From positions 1,410,001-1,442,000 of the forward strand of contig NC_017262.1 of the NCBI RefSeq assembly GCF_000175255.2: DNA of 32,000 nucleotides. Direction: 5' to 3'. The DNA is from Zymomonas mobilis subsp. mobilis ATCC 10988. Lineage in GTDB: Bacteria; Pseudomonadota; Alphaproteobacteria; Sphingomonadales; Sphingomonadaceae. The notes beneath the pieces are model-generated. The model saw nothing but the letters and a program-made list of their open reading frames with translations, was not told the origin of the DNA and ran no database searches. The stretch's first letter is position 1. The number at the start of each line of letters is the position of its first letter. Both the position numbers and the translations under genes were made by a program. Shown piece by piece: positions 9,619 through 21,415 of the stretch.

Positions 9619-10968
9619 TTATATCTTCTCTAAACCTTGCTGAAGCTTTTTGGTCGAGAATCCGTAATTTACAATGGATAATGCTGCTAACAGAATAAGA
9701 CCGCATAAAACAAAAGAGACATTATATTGTGAAAGAAGGGTAAAGGGTAAGATAATCCACAGTATATATTCAAAATAAAGATAATGGTTATCACTATCCT
9801 CTAGTGATAGTTTATTACAATAATTATTGTCTTGATAGGCAGAAATATTAGCAAGAATAATAATTATATCTAACGGGAATATCCCCCAACCGACATGTTT
9901 GCTTATATAGTAGCTACTACAAATAAGTGCCAGAGAGGCCCCCATTCGACGGCTATAATATATCAATTTTCTTTGTTTTTTTCTTCCTGGATTTAATTGC
10001 ATCTCATTTATTCGATGAGATCCATATCCTGATAATCCCGATAAAATCAGTGATAATACTGAAAATATGGGCATGTTGGTTAACGAAAAGAGTAATGATA
10101 AAAATATAAAAACAAAGGTGGTTATTAATAAATATAAAGAAATATTTCTTTTTCTTGTGAGTAAAATTATATTTTTATCTATTATTTTTGAAAATATTTT
10201 TTTGTAAAAAATATTTTTATCACATTTATTTTCTGTAGCTTGATAAATACCCTTTGAAATAAATGCGTTATTTTTATTTTTTGTGATTTTGAAAATGAAA
10301 TCATTGCCATTAACCGGGGCTTTAACCGTAATTCTTTTGCAGCCAGACTGCATCGTCTGACGCATGATAGTCAGGATAAGATCCCAATCATCGGGAATAT
10401 TCTTTGCTTCCCTAATAATTTTCCCTTCAACAAGGGCGATGCCTCCCCATCTTTCGGAGGCATCAATCCGTTCAAATTCTTGGGAAGATATGCCATCTTC
10501 TATGGTTAAAAGGGTAGGGGCAGTATTCCTGACTAAGGTCTCTACTAAATGGACAGAAGGTAAACAGTCTCCCTCTAGTAACAGGACAGACTGATTATCT
10601 GAAAAAGCCGCTGACAATTCTTGGCGACCATGAATCAAAGATAGATGAATAGCTTCTTTGCGAAGCCGTTCAATCACATTAACAAGCTGGAAATTAAAAT
10701 GCGCCTTAGTCTCTAGGGCAGAATTATTCCCTTCATTGTCTTCAGAAAAAAGATCTTCTGTCCATAAGACAACATGATCAATACCGGCTTCTGCCACTGT
10801 CCGAATTTGATATTCAATTAAAGCTATTCCGGCGATAGGGAAAAAGGAGAGATTTTCTCCCAGAGAATTGAGGGATTGGTTGCTAACATCAATAAGAGCG
10901 CTAGGCTTTGGAATCATGCCGTCTCGGTTTGTCTTTTTATTGATGGTCGCCTCTGCGTTAGGATTCAC
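9619..10968 (-). CDS. Nucleotidyltransferase-like N-terminal domain fused to a C-terminal polytopic membrane domain (possible degenerate CDP-alcohol phosphatidyltransferase)
   Basis: N-terminus ALIDVSNQSLNSLGENLSFFPIAGIALIEYQIRTVAEAGIDHVVLW resembles a sugar/alcohol nucleotidyltransferase. The C-terminus has 5-6 hydrophobic segments. Confidence 0.5.
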   Translation of the reverse strand: MNPNAEATINKKTNRDGMIPKPSALIDVSNQSLNSLGENLSFFPIAGIALIEYQIRTVAEAGIDHVVLWTEDLFSEDNEGNNSALETKAHFNFQLVNVIERLRKEAIHLSLIHGRQELSAAFSDNQSVLLLEGDCLPSVHLVETLVRNTAPTLLTIEDGISSQEFERIDASERWGGIALVEGKIIREAKNIPDDWDLILTIMRQTMQSGCKRITVKAPVNGNDFIFKITKNKNNAFISKGIYQATENKCDKNIFYKKIFSKIIDKNIILLTRKRNISLYLLITTFVFIFLSLLFSLTNMPIFSVLSLILSGLSGYGSHRINEMQLNPGRKKQRKLIYYSRRMGASLALICSSYYISKHVGWGIFPLDIIIILANISAYQDNNYCNKLSLEDSDNHYLYFEYILWIILPFTLLSQYNVSFVLCGLILLAALSIVNYGFSTKKLQQGLEKI

Positions 10969-11153
10969 TATAAAATACCGCCAGAATTAAATATTTTTTG
11001 AAAGTTAGGTGCGGAATTCCAAAGCGCAACTATAAATCAGATTATTTTGCTTTACAAATTCGCCAATATTTTTGGAAAAGTATTTTTTCTAATCCATTAA
11101 ATAGGAAGTATAGGGGCTATTCGCTTTAATTTAAAATTGATACTGTCGACTCT

Positions 11154-14100
11154 ATGGCAATAGGGGTTGATGGCGCAGCTAGGCTGCGGGAAATATATCG
11201 TCGACAGCAACAGTTAGCAGAACTGGCTGGTATCGAACAAAAAAAAGAATCCGAGGCTCAAGAGAAAGAGATCGCGCAACCAGAAACAGCACAAATTTCT
11301 CAAGAAGCAAGTAAAATGGCGGAAAATACTCTGCCAGCGATAAGATCAAAAAGCCTTCTTCCTAAAATCATTTTAGCTGTTTTCGGTATCATCTTTGCGG
11401 CCTTCATTGTTACCGCTATTGAAACAGACCTTCTTTCTTTTAATAATATTGGGCAATATTTAAGCATAGCAAGCGGGCCTATATCGATCATTGGTATCGC
11501 TTATCTTATATTCCGGCCTTTCAGTTATCAGGAATCGCACCGATTTAGCCGCATGGTTTCTTCTGTCAGGAAAGAAACGGATGCTCTTGATGAGATCATC
11601 CGGCAACTTAGTGCCAAGGTAGAAAATAATCAGAAAATTTTAGCGGCTCAAGCTGACCAGCTCCTAAAAGTAGGGGAACAATCTTCTGAACGCCTAGCCG
11701 ATATCGGCATGAATATGCGGGCTGAAGCCGTTGGCCTGCAACGCCATACCGATCGTTTGACAGAAGCGACGGATAAAGCCCGTGAAAGTCTCGGGCCTTT
11801 ATTGGATTCTCTTCCCGAAGCCAGAAAAGAATCTGAAAATTTAACCAAGCAGTTGCAAGATTCCTATCAATCTACTTCTGAAAAAGTAGATTCCTTATTA
11901 TCGCATCTGCAAACATTAAATTCTCTGGCACCCAAGGTTGAAAATGCCACCGTTATAGCCGCCAAAAATTTGGCAACAGAAATTGAGCATCTCAGCCATC
12001 TGGATACAAAGATTGATGGCCGTCTTGAGGCCAGCGCTCAGGCTGTTGCAGCCTTTGGCAACAAGATCGAGCATTTAATTGCCGAAAGAATGCAGGAATC
12101 TGATCGCCAGATTGTAAAAATGGCAGATCTTCTTGACGAAAGAATTCGGAATAGCCGAACCGCCTTGGATGATTTAGCCGGGCATCTTTCTTTTAATATG
12201 ACGGCGCGTCTAGGCGAAGTAAATGAATATGCCACGCGCATTTCAGACAAGCTTGCTGAACAAATACAGGTCAGTCAAAACACGCTTGCCTCTTTCTACA
12301 CCCAAATGTCTGATAATTTTTATCAGAATTTACAGGGTATAGAGAAGCAAACGCTCGAAATTTCCCAAAAAGTGAAAGCCTCTATCCAAGGTAGTCGAGA
12401 TGATTATCAAGCGGCTAGCCAGAATTTTGTTTTAGAATTACAGAATAGACTTCAAAAAATCCAAGATCAGAGCAAAGAGATCGGTCATGTGTTTGAACAG
12501 AATATCGACAGACATCGCCTGTCTTTTGATCAATTATCTTCAAAAATAACGACTGATTTTGTCCAACGCTTAGAAATTATTCAAAATCAGACACAGGATA
12601 TTGTTCAGTATTTTGAAAATCACATTCAGAAAGGGCAGAAGAATTTAGCCGATGCCGGTGAAAATTTTGCTAAATCTCTAACCTCTGAATTTGATACTGT
12701 TCAAAATAATCTTTTATCATTGAAGGATGTCTTCGAGCAGCAGCAGCAACAGATGACTCTAACGCTTGGTCATTGGAATGATAACTTAAACAATTCTTTA
12801 TCAGACCAAGAAAAAATGGCCAGTGAGCATCTGGCTAAAATAAGCCATCATCTGGCGAAATATACTGAAGAGTCCCAACCTTTATTTGCTGAAATTAGTT
12901 CACTGATAGACAGCGCAGATTCCAAATTTAACGGTCTGCAAGAAAATAGCGTTGTTCACTTGAAGTCCCTTGGTGAAGATATCCGGCATTTATCAGAACA
13001 GATCAATGAAACCGGTGCCATCTTGATGAATAGCGACTGGGGCATTTCTAAATTAACCGAGCGCGCCAGAGGTCTGTCAGAACAAATTACAGAAACTGTT
13101 CAGGCTATGGATGTTCATATGCCGGCAGCGTTAACCCGTATCGCTGAACAGTTTAACGAAAATAACAAGGCTGCCGATTTATTGGCTCCAAAGATTGTTA
13201 CAATCGAAGCCCAAGCGGCTAATGTGGCTGAAAAATTTGATCAGGCAGGACAACATCTGCTGAGCCAAAAAGACAAATTATCTGAATTGATTGATGATAC
13301 GGATAGAGGCCTCGATGAGCGCCAGAATAAAATCCGTGAATTTATAGAAGAAATTCAAAAAAATTATGATCAATATCAGCAGTCTTTTGATCAGATCATT
13401 GAATCGGCCAATACGCAATTAAGCGGATTTGTTCAGAAATTAGGTCAGCTAAGTGATTTAATCGCGAATATTCAGACGCAAAATCATGGTTTGGTAACCA
13501 AGGCGACCCCTGTCCTTAAATCTGAAATCGAAAATATTCAGAAGCTGGTAACCGAGACGAGAGAAGAAGAAAAAGCCTTAATGACTTCTCTTGGTGCCGA
13601 TTTTAGCAAGATGCTACAACAGCAAGTCACCGAGGCGCTTGATCATACCTTGGTTGAAAAAGTAAAATCGGGGCTATCTTCGATTGATGTTGTTGCTGAA
13701 AAAAGCGTGGAATCAACCCGCAAGGCCACTGAACGACTGATGCAACAAATGCTGACGATTACCAATATTACAGCAGGTATCGAAAAACGTATCAATGAAG
13801 CCAAGGAAGAAATTGAAAATCATGACGAAGGTAATTTTACCCGTCATGTCGCATGGTTAATTGATGCATTACGGTCAAAAACTATTGATATCACCCGTCT
13901 CTTGTCGTCAGATATTTCAGATACGGCATGGCTGTCTTATCTGAAAGGGGATCGCGGGGTATTCTCACGCAAAGCTGTCCGCCTGCTCGATAATAACGAG
14001 TTAAGGGTGATACAGAGAGAATACGAAAAAAATACAGATTTTCGTGAGCATGTGAATTATTACATTCATGATTTTGAGTCTATGTTAAGACGAGTGGTCA

Positions 14101-14201
14101 ATAGTCGTGACGGCACGGCACTTAGTGTCACTTTGATGTCTTCTGATATTGGTAAGCTCTATGCGGCCTTATCGCAGGCGATCCAGAAATATCGTCAGTA
14201 A
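11154..14201 (+). CDS. Large membrane-anchored coiled-coil protein (TipN/polarity-factor-like?)
   Basis: 1015 aa; two N-terminal TM segments (LLPKIILAVFGIIFAAFIVTAI; YLSIASGPISIIGIAYLIF), about 750 residues of coiled coil, and a distinct C-terminal domain (ALRSKTIDITRLLSSDISDTAWLSYLKGDRGVFSRKAVRLL...IGKLYAALSQAIQKYR). Confidence 0.6.
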   Translation: MAIGVDGAARLREIYRRQQQLAELAGIEQKKESEAQEKEIAQPETAQISQEASKMAENTLPAIRSKSLLPKIILAVFGIIFAAFIVTAIETDLLSFNNIGQYLSIASGPISIIGIAYLIFRPFSYQESHRFSRMVSSVRKETDALDEIIRQLSAKVENNQKILAAQADQLLKVGEQSSERLADIGMNMRAEAVGLQRHTDRLTEATDKARESLGPLLDSLPEARKESENLTKQLQDSYQSTSEKVDSLLSHLQTLNSLAPKVENATVIAAKNLATEIEHLSHLDTKIDGRLEASAQAVAAFGNKIEHLIAERMQESDRQIVKMADLLDERIRNSRTALDDLAGHLSFNMTARLGEVNEYATRISDKLAEQIQVSQNTLASFYTQMSDNFYQNLQGIEKQTLEISQKVKASIQGSRDDYQAASQNFVLELQNRLQKIQDQSKEIGHVFEQNIDRHRLSFDQLSSKITTDFVQRLEIIQNQTQDIVQYFENHIQKGQKNLADAGENFAKSLTSEFDTVQNNLLSLKDVFEQQQQQMTLTLGHWNDNLNNSLSDQEKMASEHLAKISHHLAKYTEESQPLFAEISSLIDSADSKFNGLQENSVVHLKSLGEDIRHLSEQINETGAILMNSDWGISKLTERARGLSEQITETVQAMDVHMPAALTRIAEQFNENNKAADLLAPKIVTIEAQAANVAEKFDQAGQHLLSQKDKLSELIDDTDRGLDERQNKIREFIEEIQKNYDQYQQSFDQIIESANTQLSGFVQKLGQLSDLIANIQTQNHGLVTKATPVLKSEIENIQKLVTETREEEKALMTSLGADFSKMLQQQVTEALDHTLVEKVKSGLSSIDVVAEKSVESTRKATERLMQQMLTITNITAGIEKRINEAKEEIENHDEGNFTRHVAWLIDALRSKTIDITRLLSSDISDTAWLSYLKGDRGVFSRKAVRLLDNNELRVIQREYEKNTDFREHVNYYIHDFESMLRRVVNSRDGTALSVTLMSSDIGKLYAALSQAIQKYRQ

Positions 14202-14243
14202 AATATACATTTATACTTCTTATTGATGGGAAAAGGATAAGCC

Positions 14244-14666
14244 ATGTCAGGGAAAAATTTTATAAAAATTATATTACCACTAGGCATGGCTTTATCGCTT
14301 AGCTTGCCTTCTTTTGAGGCAGCGCAAGCCGTGCCCGTCGCGGCCTCCTTGGCCTATAGTCAAAGGCTACAACAACTGCCCGAAATGCAACGCTCTGCGG
14401 TTTTGCGGGGAGCCTTAAATGATTCCGGCTATTTCTGCCGTCGGGTAGCTTCCGCTTCGCCGAATAAAGAAGGCTATGATAATTTGGCGATGTGGAGCGT
14501 TCGTTGCCAAAATGACAAAACTGATTTTCAGGATTTTGCTGTATTTCTGGGGCCCGATGGTTCTGCTCAGATACGACAATGCAAAGATACTCAGTCGTTA
14601 AACCTTCCGGCCTGTCATTTGTCTGATACTCTAGAAAAAGATAAAACACAGAAATCTAAACATTGA
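14244..14666 (+). CDS. Small secreted/periplasmic hypothetical protein
   Basis: 140 aa with a signal peptide-like start (MSGKNFIKIILPLGMALSLSLPSFEAAQA), conserved-looking cysteines and a Shine-Dalgarno-like AAAGGA upstream. Confidence 0.65.
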   Translation: MSGKNFIKIILPLGMALSLSLPSFEAAQAVPVAASLAYSQRLQQLPEMQRSAVLRGALNDSGYFCRRVASASPNKEGYDNLAMWSVRCQNDKTDFQDFAVFLGPDGSAQIRQCKDTQSLNLPACHLSDTLEKDKTQKSKH

Positions 14667-14679
14667 TATCTATATTGAA

Positions 14680-14722
14680 TAGAAAATCATTTATAACGCC
14701 CTTCAATCAAAATGATTTTCTA
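14680..14722. repeat. Perfect 13-bp inverted repeat with 17-nt spacer
   Basis: TAGAAAATCATTT (14680-14692) and AAATGATTTTCTA (14710-14722). Confidence 0.85.
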
Positions 14723-14803
14723 AAAATGAAAGCCTTTATATGGGATAGCTATCTCATATGAATTTTTAAAAACGCTTTTTAGCGTGTTATTTTAAAGAAA
14801 TTT

Positions 14804-15985
14804 ATGGATATTCGTCATCTTCGTCTTGCCCTGTTCACAGGTAATTATAACTATGTTCGAGATGGAGCCAATCAAGCTCTTAACCGACTAGTCGGTTATT
14901 TAATGAAGCAAGGTGCTTCCGTCCGAATTTATTCTCCCCATAGTGAAACACCCGCCTTTCCTGCAATCGGTGAAGTTATCAGCGTCCCAGCGGTGCCTTT
15001 CCCTGGGCGAAGCGAATATTGTATCCCGATTGCGCTTCCTTCTCGTGTCCGTCGCGATATCAAAAAATTTGATCCGAATATCTTTCATATCGCCAGTCCT
15101 GAATATCTGGGACATCGCGCGGTCTCTTTGGCACGTAAATCTAACCTACCGGTTGTTGCCTCTGTCCATACCCGCTTTGAAACCTATCCCCGTTATTACG
15201 GCATGCCTTTTCTAGAGCCCGTTATAGAAGCTATTTTAAGAAGGCTTTACCGGCGGTGTGATGCTATTTTTGCACCCTCTGAATCTATGGCTCAACTCCT
15301 TCGGGAACAACGGATGAGCTATGACGTAAGAATTTGGTCGCGAGGGGTTGATCGGAATTTATTCAAACCCGAAGCCCGCGACCCCCATTTACGTCATAAA
15401 TTCGGCATAAAAGAAGATGAGGTCGTGATCGGTTTTGTCGGACGACTGGTCATGGAAAAAGGGTTAGACGTTTTTTCTGACACTATTGATGAATTGGTGC
15501 GTCGTAAAATTCCGCATAAAGTGCTTGTGATTGGAGAAGGGCCTGCCAGAGGGTGGTTTAGCCGCCGCTTGCCACAAGCTATTTTCGCCGGATTCCAAAC
15601 AGGGGAATCCTTGGCACGCGCCGTTGCCTCAACCGATATTCTATTCAATCCCTCTGTCACGGAAACTTTTGGGAATGTAACACTTGAAGCGATGGCAACC
15701 GGCAGGGCTGTGGTTGCCGCACAAGCTACAGGCAGTGAAAGCCTTATTGATGATCCTTCAATGGGGCGTCTTATTCGGCCGGGGGCTATCAAGGATTTCG
15801 CCGATGCGCTGCAAAGCTATTGCGAGAATAAAGAACTTCGCAAAGAAGCGGGCTACAATGGCTATAAAAGGAGTGAGTGTTACGGTTGGGATAATGTAAA
15901 CCAAATTTTGGCAGATAATTATCTCAGCATTATTCAGGCTCGCCAGCAAAGTGGTCAAGCTCCAAGGCTAAAACCACGCTCTTGA
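14804..15985 (+). CDS. Glycosyltransferase, GT4/GT1-fold (SqdX / glycolipid glycosyltransferase-like)
   Basis: 393 aa; NYVRDGANQALNRLVGYL, IWSRGVDRNLFKPEARD, VIGFVGRLVMEKGLDVF, FNPSVTETFGNVTLEAMATGRAVVAAQATGSESLI. Confidence 0.85.
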   Translation: MDIRHLRLALFTGNYNYVRDGANQALNRLVGYLMKQGASVRIYSPHSETPAFPAIGEVISVPAVPFPGRSEYCIPIALPSRVRRDIKKFDPNIFHIASPEYLGHRAVSLARKSNLPVVASVHTRFETYPRYYGMPFLEPVIEAILRRLYRRCDAIFAPSESMAQLLREQRMSYDVRIWSRGVDRNLFKPEARDPHLRHKFGIKEDEVVIGFVGRLVMEKGLDVFSDTIDELVRRKIPHKVLVIGEGPARGWFSRRLPQAIFAGFQTGESLARAVASTDILFNPSVTETFGNVTLEAMATGRAVVAAQATGSESLIDDPSMGRLIRPGAIKDFADALQSYCENKELRKEAGYNGYKRSECYGWDNVNQILADNYLSIIQARQQSGQAPRLKPRS

Positions 15986-15991
15986 TAAAAT

Positions 15992-16021
15992 TTTCTGTTT
16001 CAGATGGATTCGAAACAGAAA
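15992..16021. repeat. Perfect 10-bp inverted repeat, 10-nt loop, immediately upstream of recN
   Basis: TTTCTGTTTC (15992-16001) and GAAACAGAAA (16012-16021). Confidence 0.85.
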
Positions 16022-16040
16022 TACTTTAGATAAAGACGTT

Positions 16041-17717
16041 ATGCTTATTTCGCTTAGCATCCGTGATATCGTGCTGATTGATGCACTCGACCTTGATTTT
16101 TCTGAAGGACTAGGCGTCCTTACCGGTGAGACAGGGGCTGGAAAATCAATCCTTCTTGATGCCTTGGGGTTAGCTCTTGGCGCAAGGGCTGATAGTGGCC
16201 TTGTCCGACCGGATTCCAAGCAAGGCATCGTAACCGCCTGTTTCACATTGCCGCCTGATCATGCTCTCTATCGCTATTTACAGCAGAATGCTTTGACGGT
16301 TGAGGAAGGCGAGGCGCTGATTGTCAAAAGAATAGTCAAGGCTGACGGCGGCAGTCGGGCATTACTGAATGATCAGCCTATTTCGGTTTCTCTGCTCAAA
16401 GACGTTTCCAGTTATCTTATCGAAATCCATGGACAGCATGATGAAAGGGGGCTTCTTAACCCGCGCAGTCATCGTCTGTTGCTCGATAATTTTGGCCATA
16501 TTGACACCTCTTCAGTATCAGCCGCTTATGCTTACTGGCAGGAAACAGAAAAAGCCCTCAAGCAAGCCTTGCTTTTAAAAGAAGAGCGAGAGCAGGACAA
16601 AGAATGGCTTGAAGATGCCGTTCAGGAATTGACGGCTTTCGCTCCACAGGATGGGGAAGAAGCCTCTCTCGCTGATGAACGCAAAATGCTTCAAAAAGGG
16701 GCAAGACTCGCTGAAGATATGGAAGCCATTGGTCAGTGGATTGATGGTACGGATGGCGCGCTTTCGCTTTTGCGACAGGCTGGAAGGCGTCTTGGGCGGA
16801 TTTCTTTTGAATATCCGGCTCTGGCGGAAGCGCTCGAATCTTTGGATAAAGCCCTGAATGAAGCAGGGGATGCCAGCGAAAGGCTAGGCCACGCTGCCAT
16901 GATGCTTGATAACGATCCAAACAGACTGGACGCTATCGAAGCCCGTCTGTTTGAACTACGTGCCTTGGCGCGTAAACATCGGGTTGCACCGGATGAACTA
17001 CCCAATTTTGTAAAAGAGCTTCAAGGTAAACTAGAACAGATAGAATCCGGCGAGCAAGGTATCGCTCTATTACAGGCCGAAAATAAATCAGCGCGACAGA
17101 ATTATCAGCAGGCAGCGGAAAAGCTACACCAATCCCGCAAAAAAACAGCCGAAAATTTGGATAAAGCGGTTATGGCCGAATTGCCGCCCTTAAAAATGGA
17201 AGCGGCACGGTTCCAAACCAAAATTGAAAAATTAGAAGCTTCGCAATGGGGCAGTGAAGGATGTGATCGCGTCGAATTTACGATTTCGACAAATCCGGGA
17301 GCCGATTTTGCGCCTTTGATGAAAATAGCCAGCGGAGGAGAACTCTCGCGATTTATGCTGGCATTGAAAGTCGTTCTCGCGGGGGCTGAAGGAACTGAAA
17401 CTATTATTTTTGATGAAATTGACCAAGGGGTTGGCGGTGCTGTTGCCAGTGCCATTGGCGAACGCTTGGCAAGATTATCTGAAAAATCGCAATTACTTGT
17501 TATTACGCACAGCCCCCAAGTTGCAGCGCGCGCGGCACAGCATTGGCTTATCCAAAAACACCATCCTCAATCTTCTGCTAAAAAGACTTTTGCTACTCGG
17601 ACAGAGGTCAAGGCGCTCACTTTTGATGAAAGGCGAGAGGAAATAGCGCGTATGCTTTCAGGGGCAGAGGTAACCGACGAAGCCCGCGCGCAGGCGCGCC
17701 GTCTATTGCGTCATTAA
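16041..17717 (+). CDS. recN: DNA repair protein RecN
   Basis: 558 aa; GLGVLTGETGAGKSILLDALGLALGARADSGLVR (Walker A), YLIEIHGQHDERGLLNP, IASGGELSRFMLALKVVL (signature), TIIFDEIDQGVGGAVASAIGERLARLS (Walker B). Confidence 0.97.
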   Translation: MLISLSIRDIVLIDALDLDFSEGLGVLTGETGAGKSILLDALGLALGARADSGLVRPDSKQGIVTACFTLPPDHALYRYLQQNALTVEEGEALIVKRIVKADGGSRALLNDQPISVSLLKDVSSYLIEIHGQHDERGLLNPRSHRLLLDNFGHIDTSSVSAAYAYWQETEKALKQALLLKEEREQDKEWLEDAVQELTAFAPQDGEEASLADERKMLQKGARLAEDMEAIGQWIDGTDGALSLLRQAGRRLGRISFEYPALAEALESLDKALNEAGDASERLGHAAMMLDNDPNRLDAIEARLFELRALARKHRVAPDELPNFVKELQGKLEQIESGEQGIALLQAENKSARQNYQQAAEKLHQSRKKTAENLDKAVMAELPPLKMEAARFQTKIEKLEASQWGSEGCDRVEFTISTNPGADFAPLMKIASGGELSRFMLALKVVLAGAEGTETIIFDEIDQGVGGAVASAIGERLARLSEKSQLLVITHSPQVAARAAQHWLIQKHHPQSSAKKTFATRTEVKALTFDERREEIARMLSGAEVTDEARAQARRLLRH

Positions 17718-17873
17718 AAATCTATAACAAATTCTTCGGATTGAAGGCGTGCGGACAATTCGTTTTGTTTCTCAATCTTTATCATGGTTATACAGCCGAA
17801 GCTAAAATGAAATTTATGGTTATTATATAACAACTATAAATATTTTTATTATATTGTGATGGTGGAGACTTTT

Positions 17874-19559
17874 ATGAGCTATCAATCGCAACCGGCTATT
17901 CCGGTAAAAGAAAGTCGTGTTACCTTACTTCGAAACCCTCTTTTAAATAAAGGCAGTGCTTTCTCTGCCGAAGAGAGAAAGGCTTTTCAATTAGAAGGTC
18001 TGGTTCCAGCCCAAATCGAAAGTATCAATATTCAAGCCGAACGCTGTTACCAGCAGTATAAAGAACAAAAAACAGATTTAGATCGCTATATCTTTTTGCG
18101 CGCGCTTCAGGATGAAAATGAAACGCTTTTCTTTCATCTTGTTGCCGATCATATCGCCGATATGATGCCTATTCTTTATACACCAACAGTAGGCAGCGCG
18201 TGCCAGAATTATTCTCATCTTTTCCGTAAAAGCCGCGGTTTATTTATCGCTTATCCTGATCGCGATAAAATTGGCGATATCCTGAAACAGACGGAACAGG
18301 AAAATATAAAAATTATTGTCGTCACTGATGGCGAACGTATCTTGGGGCTGGGTGACCTCGGGGTCGGGGGTATGGGCATCCCTATTGGGAAATTGGCTCT
18401 TTATACCGCCTGCGGCGGAATTGATCCGGCAACGGTTTTACCGATTGTTCTGGATGTAGGGACGAATAATGAAAATCTTCTGAATGATCCGCTTTATATA
18501 GGATGGCATCATAAACGGATAACGGGGGATGAATATTACAGCTTTGTTGATCGGTTTGTTCAGGCTGTGATGCAGCAATGGCCTGATGTATTCTTGCATT
18601 TTGAAGATTTTGCCCAGAAAAATGCTTTGCCATTACTGGAAAAATATCGCGACCAATATTGCTGTTTCAATGATGATATTCAGGGAACTTCTGCGGTCGC
18701 TTTAGCAACTCTTTATTCGGCTTGTAAAACGCGAAAAACCTCTATCAGAGATCAGCGTATCGTTTTCCTTGGTGCCGGTTCCGCTGGTTGCGGTATCGCA
18801 GAACAAATTGTCTCTGCTATGGTGGCTGAAGGATTGGATGAAGCCACGGCGCGCGGTCAAGTGTATATGGTTGATCGCAATGGTCTTATCACTGACGATA
18901 TGCAGGATATCCCTGATTTCCAGAAAAAACTGGCACAGCCCCTTAGCAAGCTGAAAAATTGGAAATCACAAGACCAAGGCTTTTTCCTGCTGGATGTTGT
19001 CAAGCAGAGTAAAGCAACCGTCTTAATCGGTGTCTCCGGCCAAAAAGGATTATTTACAGAAGAGGTCATCAAAACATTGGCTTCGCAATGTGAAGCCCCC
19101 TTTGTGATGCCTTTGTCCAATCCCACCTCGCATATGGAAGCCATTCCAGAAGATATTTTGAAATGGACAGAGGGTAAGGCGCTTGTCGCAACGGGAAGTC
19201 CTTTTTCGCCTGTCGTTATTAACGGCAAGAGCTTCCCTATTGCGCAATGTAATAACGCCTATATTTTCCCGGGTATTGGTCTTGGCGTTTTGGCGGCCAA
19301 AGCCACAAGGGTAACCGATAATATGATGGTTGCCGCAGCCTATGCCTTGGCTGACACAGCACCAGCAGCACAGAATAAAGGTAATGCTATCTTACCCTCT
19401 TTCGATGATATTGAAGAGGTAAGCTATGTTATCGCCTTAGCCGTAGCAAAAGCCGCCGTGAAAGATGGTGTTGCCGAGCAAAAAGACGAAACCGCTCTTT
19501 TGGCTCTGATAAAAGGCTATTACTGGCATCCTGAATATCGCGCTTATCAATTGGCGTAA
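17874..19559 (+). CDS. maeA: NAD-dependent malic enzyme
   Basis: [86 protein letters not shown]. The track ORF begins at GTG 17856; ATG 17874 has a better-positioned GGTGGAG RBS. Confidence 0.93.
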   Translation: MSYQSQPAIPVKESRVTLLRNPLLNKGSAFSAEERKAFQLEGLVPAQIESINIQAERCYQQYKEQKTDLDRYIFLRALQDENETLFFHLVADHIADMMPILYTPTVGSACQNYSHLFRKSRGLFIAYPDRDKIGDILKQTEQENIKIIVVTDGERILGLGDLGVGGMGIPIGKLALYTACGGIDPATVLPIVLDVGTNNENLLNDPLYIGWHHKRITGDEYYSFVDRFVQAVMQQWPDVFLHFEDFAQKNALPLLEKYRDQYCCFNDDIQGTSAVALATLYSACKTRKTSIRDQRIVFLGAGSAGCGIAEQIVSAMVAEGLDEATARGQVYMVDRNGLITDDMQDIPDFQKKLAQPLSKLKNWKSQDQGFFLLDVVKQSKATVLIGVSGQKGLFTEEVIKTLASQCEAPFVMPLSNPTSHMEAIPEDILKWTEGKALVATGSPFSPVVINGKSFPIAQCNNAYIFPGIGLGVLAAKATRVTDNMMVAAAYALADTAPAAQNKGNAILPSFDDIEEVSYVIALAVAKAAVKDGVAEQKDETALLALIKGYYWHPEYRAYQLA

Positions 19560-19582
19560 TTCAACCCATCAGAAGATACAAA

Positions 19583-19611
19583 AAAAGCCCCTGCATCGCA
19601 GGGGCTTTTTG
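19583..19611. terminator. Bidirectional rho-independent terminator between malic enzyme and groEL
   Basis: AAAAAGCCCCTGC-ATC-GCAGGGGCTTTTT, a perfect GC stem with A/T flanks on both strands. Confidence 0.93.
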
Positions 19612-19659
19612 TTTGATGGCCTGTCTTGGACAGGCCATCCCGACAGAGCGGGGTGTGGA

Positions 19660-21309
<1,650 letters not shown>

Positions 21310-21415
21310 TTAAAATCTCCAGCTAAGCATTATGTATTCTAAAAGAAAATTACATCATGCTAATTATAGTAAGTAAGCGTTAAACTGCGCCCAGCTATTA
21401 GGTCAGAAAGAAATC

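Noticed and set aside
12038-12250. Minus-strand ORF inside the coiled-coil gene
   Set aside because: Antisense shadow ORF; the coiled-coil reading frame is continuous and coherent.
14771-14786. Small hairpin ACGCT-TTTT-AGCGT before the glycosyltransferase gene
   Set aside because: Only 5 bp of stem with a weak following T-run; likely chance.
17718-17873. Direct repeat of ATGGTTAT in the maeA upstream region
   Set aside because: Eight-base AT-rich direct repeat without symmetry or phasing to a promoter; expected by chance.
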